A DNA stretch of 13,462 bases, taken from NCBI GenBank assembly GCA_020725385.1, contig DYFC01000043.1, positions 1 through 13,462 of the forward strand, read 5' to 3'. Both the position numbers and the translations under genes were made by a program. The DNA is from Nitrospira japonica (lineage in GTDB: Bacteria; Nitrospirota; Thermodesulfovibrionia; Thermodesulfovibrionales; SM23-35). Position 1 is the stretch's first letter. Every line of letters starts with the position of its first letter. The notes under the pieces are model-generated. The model saw only the letters and a list, made by a program, of their open reading frames with translations, was not told the origin of the DNA and did no database searches. Shown here piece by piece: positions 1 to 7,464 of the stretch.

Positions 1-77
1 GGCCGGACTCGAACCGGCACGGGGCGAACCCCGAGGGATTTTAAGTCCCTTGCGTCTACCAATTCCGCCACTTCGGC
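1..77 (-). tRNA. tRNA-Leu(TAA), 3' end cut off by the window edge
   Basis: Reverse complement reads GCCGAAGTGGCGGAATTGGTAGACGCAAGGGAC-TTAAAA-TCCCTCGGGGTTCGCCCCGTGCCGGTTCGAGTCCGGCC: D-loop GG, anticodon TAA, long variable arm (class II), T-loop TTCGAGT. Confidence 0.96.
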
Positions 78-85
78 ATTCTTAA

Positions 86-115
86 ATTTTAAACAATTTA
101 TATTGTTTTCATCAA
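86..115 (-). promoter_or_regulatory. Putative sigma70 promoter of tRNA-Leu
   Basis: Minus strand TTGATG (115-110), 18-nt spacer, TAAAAT (91-86), ending 8 nt before the tRNA 5' end. Confidence 0.5.
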
Positions 116-136
116 CCAGAAAAATGTAATTAGCGA

Positions 137-360
137 AGAGCAGAGAGCAAAGAGCGTAGAGCAAAGAGCATAGAGCATAGAGCAAAGAGCGAAGAGCAAA
201 GAGCGTAGAGCATAGAGCAAAGAGCAGAGGGCAAAGAGCAGAGGGCAAAGAGCAGAGGGCAAAGAGCGTAGAGCAAAGAGCAGAGGGCAAAGAGCAGAGG
301 GCAAAGAGCAGAGGGCAAAGAGCGTAGAGCAAAGAGCAGAGGGCAAAGAGCAGAGGGCAA
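137..360. repeat. Heptamer tandem array, 32 in-phase units of AG(A/G)GCNN
   Basis: Units AGAGCAA, AGAGCAG, AGGGCAA, AGAGCGT, AGAGCAT and AGAGCGA parse with an exact 7-bp period and no indels. A 56-bp higher-order unit is exactly repeated at 221-276 and 277-332, with a partial copy at 333-360. Confidence 0.97.
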
Positions 361-580
361 AGAGAAACAACACACTCCTACTTCCTTAATAGATGGAAGA
401 AAGAAATACGGGAAACTTGATACTTGAGACCGCATATTATCCGTATAGAATTCTTACACACACGGTTAACGGACATGTAAAACAGTTTACGTGTTACGAT
501 ATTTGAGCATTGTCTGTATTATTCTGGCTAATTGTTTATAATTGTATATTAAAATAATGAAGATATAAAGGAATAAATAT

Positions 581-1834
581 ATGGATAAGCTTGTTATTAA
601 AGGCGGGAAAAAGCTTAAAGGGATAGTTGAGATTAGCGGGGCTAAAAATGCGGCTTTGCCAATAATGGCTGCATCATTACTTTCAAATGGTTATTCGAAT
701 ATAAAAAACGTACCGTTTCTTAGAGATATTATGACAATGGGAAGACTTCTGGCTAATTTAGGCGCGGGATTTCATCAAGAAAAAAATAGAGTATTGATAA
801 ATACAGAGAGAATTAGGATTTTTGAAGCTCCTTATGATCTTGTAAGAACAATGAGGGCTTCTATACTTGTTCTTGGTCCATTGCTTACAAGATATGGAAG
901 AGCAAAAGTTTCTTTACCTGGTGGATGTGCTATTGGAGCAAGACCGATTAACCTCCATCTTTCCGGACTTGAGAAAATGGGTGCAGAAATTAAATTAGAG
1001 TCAGGTTATGTTATCGCAAAAGCAAAAAAATTAAAAGGTGCTTCTATATATCTTGATATACCTACTGTTACCGGTACAGAGAATCTTATGATTGCAGCTA
1101 CACTTGCAAAGGGTGTTACTTTAATAGAAAACGCAGCTAAAGAACCTGAAGTTACTGATCTTGCAAATGCTCTTATTTCCATGGGTGCTAAAATTGAAGG
1201 TGCAGGTGGAAGCATTATCAGGATTGAAGGAGTTCATGAATTAAAACCTCTGGATTATAGGGTTATTCCAGATAGAATCGAAGCAGGTACTTTTATGACC
1301 ATCGCCGGAATCACCTGTAGCGATATAACACTAAAAGGATGTAGTCCCGAACATCTTGATGCAACGGTATTCAAACTAAAGGAAGCAGGAATTATCTTTG
1401 AAAGTGCGCCTGAAGGATTGAGGGTTATCGGTAAGACAAGACCACATTCAACTAATGTGACAACAATGCCGTATCCGGGGTTTCCTACTGATATGCAGGC
1501 GCAGTTTATGGCTTTGATGAGTATTTCTGATGGAACAAGTATTATCAGGGAGAATATTTTTGAAAATAGGTTTATGCATGTTGCAGAACTTAGAAGAATG
1601 GGTGCGGATATTTCTGTTGAAGGAGGAACAGCAACTGTTAAAGGTGTTGAAAGGCTTAAAGGAGCTCCTTTAATGGCAACTGATTTAAGAGCAAGCGCTT
1701 CCTTGGTTGTTGCAGCATTGTCTGCAAAAGGAGAGACTGTTATTCACAGAATATACCATCTTGACAGAGGATATGAAAAAATGGAGGAGAAACTAAAGAA
1801 AATAGGAGCTGAAATAAAAAGAGTTAAGGAATAA
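581..1834 (+). CDS. murA: UDP-N-acetylglucosamine 1-carboxyvinyltransferase
   Basis: 417 aa with motifs GAKNAALP, MRASILVLGPL, LPGGCAIGARP (catalytic Cys), PGFPTDMQAQ, TDLRASA, YHLDRGYE; AAGGA RBS upstream. Confidence 0.98.
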   Translation: MDKLVIKGGKKLKGIVEISGAKNAALPIMAASLLSNGYSNIKNVPFLRDIMTMGRLLANLGAGFHQEKNRVLINTERIRIFEAPYDLVRTMRASILVLGPLLTRYGRAKVSLPGGCAIGARPINLHLSGLEKMGAEIKLESGYVIAKAKKLKGASIYLDIPTVTGTENLMIAATLAKGVTLIENAAKEPEVTDLANALISMGAKIEGAGGSIIRIEGVHELKPLDYRVIPDRIEAGTFMTIAGITCSDITLKGCSPEHLDATVFKLKEAGIIFESAPEGLRVIGKTRPHSTNVTTMPYPGFPTDMQAQFMALMSISDGTSIIRENIFENRFMHVAELRRMGADISVEGGTATVKGVERLKGAPLMATDLRASASLVVAALSAKGETVIHRIYHLDRGYEKMEEKLKKIGAEIKRVKE

Positions 1835-2279
1835 TTACAGGTTTATCACGTCTTGAATTAACAATGCATAAAAAACCAAAAGGCTTTTCAAATGGATTTC
1901 TCAACTGGTGTGGCTCGTTAGGTTTAATGTAAATAATATCAAGAAATTTAATATGGTATTTCTTTTTCCCGACAATGCATATACCCTCTCCATTTAAACC
2001 AATAACAACATGTTCATGGCGATGCTTTTCAAAACTACTGTAACCACCGGCCGAAATCTCAAAATATCTCACATGGAATTTTGTAGTTTCACCATGATTG
2101 CCAATAAGTGTCTGTCTTACTATATTTTTCCATTCATTACCTGACTGTTTGTATTTTTCTTTTTTAATATTGTTCCATGAAAAATTACCTTTATATTTGT
2201 AAAACCTGCTCTGGTTTAACAGACTCTTCTCTTTGACTTTCCCTCTCCAGTCACAAAATGATCCAGTAATTTTTTTCAT
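1824..2279 (-). CDS. Cupin domain protein
   Basis: Cupin motif 1 RYFEISAGGYSSFEKHRHEHVV..LNGEG and motif 2 DIIYIKPNEPHQLRN; its stop overlaps the murA end by 11 bp. Confidence 0.88.
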   Translation of the reverse strand: MKKITGSFCDWRGKVKEKSLLNQSRFYKYKGNFSWNNIKKEKYKQSGNEWKNIVRQTLIGNHGETTKFHVRYFEISAGGYSSFEKHRHEHVVIGLNGEGICIVGKKKYHIKFLDIIYIKPNEPHQLRNPFEKPFGFLCIVNSRRDKPVIIP

Positions 2280-3410
2280 TTAGTTATTACCTTTTAAGAT
2301 AGTGTTTTTCTTAAGATAATCAATAACCTTGTCAATCTTTGCTTTCATTTCTTCTTTTCTCCAGCTATTTTCAACATATTTTGCATCTCTAAGTTTATTA
2401 TCCATGAAACCTTCTTTTTTATATTTCTTTAAATATTCCTCAGGAATTCCATCTGGCAGATTAATATCATTCATAATTGCCCATGCAAGAGTCCATGCTT
2501 TCGCAACATTTGTAATATCATAACCACCGCCACCTAATGCTACCCATTTGGGTGATATTTCTTTTATTTTTCTTACAACCTCACAGTAACCATTATTTGT
2601 ATAGTTAAGATGAGCAAGAGGATCTGAGTGAAAGGAATCTACACCAAGCTGACTTACTACTATATCAGGTTTGAATTTTTCAATTAAAGGCGGTACTACT
2701 TCATTGAATGCATATACAAAAAGTTCATCATCAGAATATGGTGGCATAGGTATATTTACAGAATATCCTTCACCTTCTCCTGCGCCTGTCTCATGCTCAA
2801 ATCCGGTACCAGGAAAAAGTATCTCTCCTGTTTCATGTATTGATACTGTCAGAACCTGTTTTGAATCATAAAAAGCCTGTTGCACTCCATCACCATGATG
2901 TGCATCTATATCAATGTAAGCAATTCTCCTATTCTTTTTTAAGAGGGAAATGATGGCAATAACTATATCATTTATATAGCAGAAACCAGAGGCTTTTGAA
3001 GCCATGGCATGATGGAGTCCTCCGGATATATTAAAAGCTATATCAACTTCACCGCTTTCAACAAGATTGGCAGCCTGAAGCGATGCTCCGCACATAAGCC
3101 TCGACCAGTCAAGTAATCCTTGAAAAACCGGATTGTCACCCGAACCAACTCCATAAAAAAAAGCATGTGGCATCTCAATCCCGGAATTTGCCATTCTTAA
3201 AATATCAAGGTATTCCTTTTTATGGAAAAGAAGCAATTCTTCATCTGTTGCTTTTCTTGCTTTGATTAATTGTGTATTTGGTAAATTTAATAATCCATAT
3301 GATTGGATAAGTTCATAAACAAGTTTAAGCCTTGAGATTTTTAAAGGATGTTCAGGTCCGTAATCAAATTTAAGAAACTCATCTGTATAAATAAAAGCTG
3401 TTTTTGGCAT
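2280..3410 (-). CDS. acuC: AcuC-like / class I HDAC-family Zn-dependent deacetylase
   Basis: Motifs YGPEHPLK..R, GGLHHA, ASGFCYIND, YIDIDAHHGDGVQ, SIHETG..LFPGTG, QLGVDS...DPL, LGGGGY. Confidence 0.9.
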   Translation of the reverse strand: MPKTAFIYTDEFLKFDYGPEHPLKISRLKLVYELIQSYGLLNLPNTQLIKARKATDEELLLFHKKEYLDILRMANSGIEMPHAFFYGVGSGDNPVFQGLLDWSRLMCGASLQAANLVESGEVDIAFNISGGLHHAMASKASGFCYINDIVIAIISLLKKNRRIAYIDIDAHHGDGVQQAFYDSKQVLTVSIHETGEILFPGTGFEHETGAGEGEGYSVNIPMPPYSDDELFVYAFNEVVPPLIEKFKPDIVVSQLGVDSFHSDPLAHLNYTNNGYCEVVRKIKEISPKWVALGGGGYDITNVAKAWTLAWAIMNDINLPDGIPEEYLKKYKKEGFMDNKLRDAKYVENSWRKEEMKAKIDKVIDYLKKNTILKGNN

Positions 3411-3412
3411 AG

Positions 3413-4438
3413 TTAATCAAATATAATTATACTTTTTAAAGAGTTTTTTGCTTCAGCAGTAAGTCTGAAAGCCTCCTTTGTTTCTTCAATTTTAAATCTG
3501 TGGGTAATCAATTTTTGTGCATTCACAACCCCTTCAGCAATAAGCTCAAGTGCATCTGCTGTGTCTGAAGGTCCGCAAGAGTAGCTGGTTATAATATTAA
3601 TGTCTTTAAAATATAGTTCATTTGGATTAATTGTAAGTGTCTCATCAGGTTTTGCAGGAGTAAAAAAAACTACTTTGCCGCCAGCGCCAACGCAGAGAAT
3701 TCCCTGTTGCATAGCATTAACACTATTTGGACCTACTATTACAATATCAACCATTAACCCGTCTGTTACCGAACTTAATTCTTTAAGAAGATTGGAATTT
3801 GAGACATCTATTGTTATATCAGCCCCAAGTTCTTTTGCTTTGTTGAGTCTATAAGGTACCATATCGGCGCCTATGATTTTTTCTGCTCCGTATTTCTTTG
3901 CTAACAGAATATGAATCATTCCCATAACTCCGAGACCTATAATAAGTATTGTATCACCACGTCTTATGCCAGCTCTTTTTAGCGATTTAACAACACAGGC
4001 TGTTGGCTCAATTAAAGTTCCATCTTCAAAATTTACTGTTTCTGGAAGATTTAATGTATCATTCTCAAGATTAATTTCGGGTATCAATATATATTCAGAA
4101 ATTCCACCCGGTATTATTTTTGAGTTTTTCCATGTATCGCATTGGACATAATCGCCTTTTTTGCAATATTTGCAATTAAAACAAGGCGCATGATGATGAA
4201 CAAAAACTCTATCCCCGGGTTTAAAAGAATTAACTTTATTGCCTATCTCAACAATTATCCCTGATGGTTCATGACCGGGTACAAGAGGAGCTTTCTTCTC
4301 TATATACCATGGCATAACATCACCCGAACAAATGCCACAAGCTTTTGTCTTCAATAAAGCCTCATTCGGACCGGGTGAAGGGATGGGAATATCTTCAATT
4401 CTAATATCATTAAAGTTATATAATTTCGCAACTTTCAT
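3413..4438 (-). CDS. Zn-dependent medium-chain dehydrogenase (sorbitol/threonine dehydrogenase-like)
   Basis: CGICSGD and GHE catalytic Zn ligands; CxxCxxC-x7-C structural Zn site (CFNCKYCKKGDYVQC); Rossmann motif GLGVMG. Confidence 0.92.
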   Translation of the reverse strand: MKVAKLYNFNDIRIEDIPIPSPGPNEALLKTKACGICSGDVMPWYIEKKAPLVPGHEPSGIIVEIGNKVNSFKPGDRVFVHHHAPCFNCKYCKKGDYVQCDTWKNSKIIPGGISEYILIPEINLENDTLNLPETVNFEDGTLIEPTACVVKSLKRAGIRRGDTILIIGLGVMGMIHILLAKKYGAEKIIGADMVPYRLNKAKELGADITIDVSNSNLLKELSSVTDGLMVDIVIVGPNSVNAMQQGILCVGAGGKVVFFTPAKPDETLTINPNELYFKDINIITSYSCGPSDTADALELIAEGVVNAQKLITHRFKIEETKEAFRLTAEAKNSLKSIIIFD

Positions 4439-4587
4439 AGTTTAATTATACTAACAGAAAATTCTAAAAAAATTATTTATCCCGATAATGCTAAACTAAA
4501 CAAAATATAATATACTGCATTATATTTAATTTTATTGATTCTGGTAAAATTATTTTAATAAGGATTTATTTTTTAGAAGACAAGATT

Positions 4588-4743
4588 ATCTCGAAAATTG
4601 TAAAAGAGGTTATCAACTCGGGAGGACGAGTTATTCTTGAAGGATTACCAGTAGGATAGGAGTTATGATAAAAAGAAAAGGTATAAAGAAACCTTTATGA
4701 AAACATGCTTGAAGTGAGTAAAAGGTATAGGGGCAATAATTGA
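4588..4743 (+). pseudogene. Decayed small gene (probable former antitoxin) upstream of the PIN gene
   Basis: One frame reads (I)SKIVKEVINSGGRVILEGLPVG*, then several stops, then RNLYENMLEVSKRYRGNN*. Its TGA (4741-4743) overlaps the PIN TTG start (TTGA), as in coupled TA pairs. Confidence 0.45.
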
Positions 4744-4763
4744 AAATTTACCTTGATACAAAT
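4700..4763 (+). repeat. 64-bp direct repeat, copy 1 (contains PIN RBS, start and first 8 codons)
   Basis: AAAACATGCTTGAAGTGAGTAAAAGGTATAGGGGCAATAATTGAAAATTTACCTTGATACAAAT matches 5491-5554 at 63/64. Confidence 0.95.
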
Positions 4764-5201
4764 GTTATCTGTAGACCCTTTGATGATCACACTCAAGAAA
4801 GGATAGCTAAAGAGATAACTGCTATCAGCAAGCTTTTTGTTTATATCAGCAGTAGGATGTTTGATGTTGTCATATCAGATATAGTCCTTTCTGAAATAAC
4901 GCTTATCAAGAATCCGATTAAAAGAGAACTGGTTGAATTACTTGTAACGGAGATTACCACAAAAAGAGTTTCGGTTGGGAATTGTGAAATTACGATTGCC
5001 GATTTACTTCAAGATAAATGTAAAATAAATGACTATATGGATGCATTGCATGTTGCGTCTGCTGTAACAGCTAACTGTAAATACCTTGTTACATGTGATG
5101 ACGACTTAACCAGAAAAGCGGACTTTATTAAAAAAGAACTAATAAAGTCTGCATATAAAATAGAAATAGTAAACCCTTTAGACTTGATAAAGGAGGATTA
5201 A
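4740..5201 (+). CDS. PIN-domain (VapC-like) ribonuclease toxin
   Basis: N-terminal IYLDTNV, central SEI, DALHVASA and LVTCDDDL give the PIN acidic residues; TTG start. Confidence 0.88.
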   Translation: MKIYLDTNVICRPFDDHTQERIAKEITAISKLFVYISSRMFDVVISDIVLSEITLIKNPIKRELVELLVTEITTKRVSVGNCEITIADLLQDKCKINDYMDALHVASAVTANCKYLVTCDDDLTRKADFIKKELIKSAYKIEIVNPLDLIKED

Positions 5202-5204
5202 AAG

Positions 5205-5438
5205 ATGGTTAAAAAACTTCAGGAAGATATAATTGAAGAAGGGTTCAGTATCCTAAAAAAACACCTTGGAATTACCAAGACAGCTATATTTCTGGAGATG
5301 ATAGGGAGAGGACAAGGTGATAGCATTGAGGAGATAGAATCTAAAACTAAGAAATTTTCTAAACAAGAGGCAATTAAATTTATTGAAAAGTGCAAGAAAG
5401 AAAGAGCAGATTTATGGAACAAAATAAAGGTAGCTTAA
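5205..5438 (+). CDS. Small protein, probable antitoxin of the PIN toxin
   Basis: 77 aa, 3 bp after the PIN stop, strong AAGGAGG RBS. EEGFSILKKHLGITKTAIFL...G.GDS resembles small partners encoded downstream of PIN genes (recognition, not a search). Confidence 0.65.
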   Translation: MVKKLQEDIIEEGFSILKKHLGITKTAIFLEMIGRGQGDSIEEIESKTKKFSKQEAIKFIEKCKKERADLWNKIKVA

Positions 5439-5490
5439 AAGAAAATGCAGATGTAAGATAATGAAATGGATGACATAAAAGGATTTTATT

Positions 5491-5554
5491 AAAACATGCT
5501 TGAAGTGAGTAAAAGATATAGGGGCAATAATTGAAAATTTACCTTGATACAAAT
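5491..5554 (+). repeat. 64-bp direct repeat, copy 2
   Basis: Identical to 4700-4763 except one G>A; encodes only MKIYLDTN before diverging. Confidence 0.95.
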
Positions 5555-5590
5555 TTAGTAAAATGTATATTTGCACCTTTGTTTATTGTT

Positions 5591-6103
5591 TCAAGTAGGT
5601 TCAATTTGTTTTTTTAAATTTTTAATGACTAATTCAGCAACAATTCCATTTATTGTACCGGCAATTGTACCTGCAAGGACAATGAATGGAGAAACGAGTA
5701 TTATAGGTTCTATACGTTGAATAAGAAGGAAATAGGCAATAAAAAGCTGCATTATGTTATGAAAAAAAGCGCCAATGACACTAATGCCAACTGCACTGAA
5801 TAATTGAGGAATTAAAGATATTATCAACCACATTGAAATAGTTGCAGTAATTCCGCCACCGAGACTCATAATATAAGCCGGGCCAGGAAAAGTGCCATTA
5901 ATTAAAGATGAAATAAAAGTCCTGATAAGCGTAACTGTAAATGCTGCTCTGAATCCAAATAAATACAATGTAATTAGAGTTATTATGTTCGCAAGCCCGA
6001 ATCTAAGCCATGGAATTGGTGATGGCAAGAGATTTTCAATGCTATGGATACCTATTGCAAAGGCTGAAAGTAATGCAATTTGATATTTATTTTGTAACTG
6101 CAT
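5591..6103 (-). CDS. Gx transporter family membrane protein (heptaprenyl diphosphate synthase component I-like)
   Basis: Signature IENLLPSPIPWLRFGLANIITL, SLGGG and GAFFHNIMQL with several hydrophobic helices. Start placed at ATG 6103 (MQLQNK), overlapping the upstream gene end. Confidence 0.85.
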   Translation of the reverse strand: MQLQNKYQIALLSAFAIGIHSIENLLPSPIPWLRFGLANIITLITLYLFGFRAAFTVTLIRTFISSLINGTFPGPAYIMSLGGGITATISMWLIISLIPQLFSAVGISVIGAFFHNIMQLFIAYFLLIQRIEPIILVSPFIVLAGTIAGTINGIVAELVIKNLKKQIEPT

Positions 6104-6476
6104 CAATTCCACTACCTTCTTTTTTGTATTCACCGATTGAAACAATTATATTATTAGGCAAACAAATAATAGAGCCTGAATCTTTCCATCCCTGTTTTAT
6201 ACATAATTTATTTTCACATGGAGAAGAGGTAATTCTGACTTTTTTATCTTTTATTTCTACCGTTGTTATTCCAAGTCTGCCTTTAATATCTACTTTATTA
6301 TTTTCGTTTAACGATAAAATATAAACTTCTTTGCCTTCAGAATAAATATGGATGGATTGTTTGTTTGAAAATATTTTATTAAAAAATATTATGAAGCTGA
6401 AGCAAGAGATAAGCAGGAATAATATAAGAATCCTATCAGCTTTTGTTGTATTTTGAAGAATTTGAAGTAAATTCAA
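6087..6476 (-). CDS. NusG domain II-containing (DUF1312-type) membrane-anchored protein
   Basis: N-terminal TM after KADRILI; G.TTVEIKDKKVRITSSPCENKLCIKQGW...GSIICLPNNIIV signature. Confidence 0.87.
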   Translation of the reverse strand: MNLLQILQNTTKADRILILFLLISCFSFIIFFNKIFSNKQSIHIYSEGKEVYILSLNENNKVDIKGRLGITTVEIKDKKVRITSSPCENKLCIKQGWKDSGSIICLPNNIIVSIGEYKKEGSGIDAVTK

Positions 6477-7464
6477 TTTTTTTATCCAGTTCCGGTGTGA
6501 TAATTAAATTGTTTTCCTGATCAATTATCACTCCATATAATCCATTTTCTTCAAGAAATTTTAAACCCTTTTCATGTCCCAAAACAAATACTCCGGTAGC
6601 CAATGCATCTGTCATGGAATTTTCTTTTCCAATAACTGTAACGCTTTTACATGAATCAGCAGGCTTTCCTGTTTTAGTATTAAGTATATGATGATATTTT
6701 TTACTATCTAATATAAAAAATCTCTGGTAATCACCGGATGTTGAAATAGAAGAATCAGAAAGTTCAATAGCAGCAATAATATCATTTTCACCACTATTTG
6801 AATCGGGATCTTTAATGCCAATTTTCCATAATTTCTTGTCGGGTTTTGTACCGAAGGCATGTATTTCACCGCCAATAGCTACAATACCGGACTTAATCCC
6901 GTGACTTTTTAAGATTTCAACTGCTTTGTCTGAAGCATAACCTTTGGTGATTCCTCCAGTGTCAATAAGCATTCCTTTCTTTTTCAAAAAAACAGTTCGT
7001 TTTATTTTGTCAATTATAATATTTTTGTAATTAACGTACTCAAGCTTTTTTGCAATTTCTTCATCAGAAGGCTTGATTTTTTTTGAAAAGTCATATAAAG
7101 AACTTATTGCACCTATTGTTATATCAAAAGCACCTTTTGTTTTTTCAGATATATAGAATGCTTTTTCTAATATTTCAATTACAGTACTGGATACCTTAAC
7201 CGGCAATATACCTGCATTTTTATTAATCAAAGATATTTCGCTTTTATCTGAATAAAAATCAGTAAGTTGTTCAATTTTTTCAATTTCATTGAAAGCTGCT
7301 TTTATTGCTTTTTCAGCATTTTCTTTTGATTCTGATACAGCAGTTATTGTAACTACTGTATTCATATATAGTTGGGTATATTTGTAAATATGTTCTTTCT
7401 CCGGGGTACAGGAGTTTGTATGAAAAATAATAATGGTTAGGAGCAATAATAAATATCTCTTCAT
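6436..7464 (-). CDS. apbE: FAD:protein FMN transferase (flavin-trafficking lipoprotein)
   Basis: Signal peptide ending in Cys (TNSC); [63 protein letters not shown]. Confidence 0.95.
   Translation of the reverse strand: MKRYLLLLLTIIIFHTNSCTPEKEHIYKYTQLYMNTVVTITAVSESKENAEKAIKAAFNEIEKIEQLTDFYSDKSEISLINKNAGILPVKVSSTVIEILEKAFYISEKTKGAFDITIGAISSLYDFSKKIKPSDEEIAKKLEYVNYKNIIIDKIKRTVFLKKKGMLIDTGGITKGYASDKAVEILKSHGIKSGIVAIGGEIHAFGTKPDKKLWKIGIKDPDSNSGENDIIAAIELSDSSISTSGDYQRFFILDSKKYHHILNTKTGKPADSCKSVTVIGKENSMTDALATGVFVLGHEKGLKFLEENGLYGVIIDQENNLIITPELDKKIEFTSNSSKYNKS

Noticed and set aside
137-360. CRISPR array interpretation of the repeat
   Set aside because: Contiguous 7-bp units with no unique spacers and no cas genes in the window.
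98-435. Minus-strand ORFs 98-373 and 130-435 (LFALCS repeats)
   Set aside because: They result from the heptamer array having no stops on that strand; two frames give the same low-complexity peptide.
6104-6145. Longer N-terminus of the Gx transporter given by the ORF track
   Set aside because: ATG at 6103 has an upstream GAAGG and a shorter overlap with the NusG-II gene, so it is the more plausible start.
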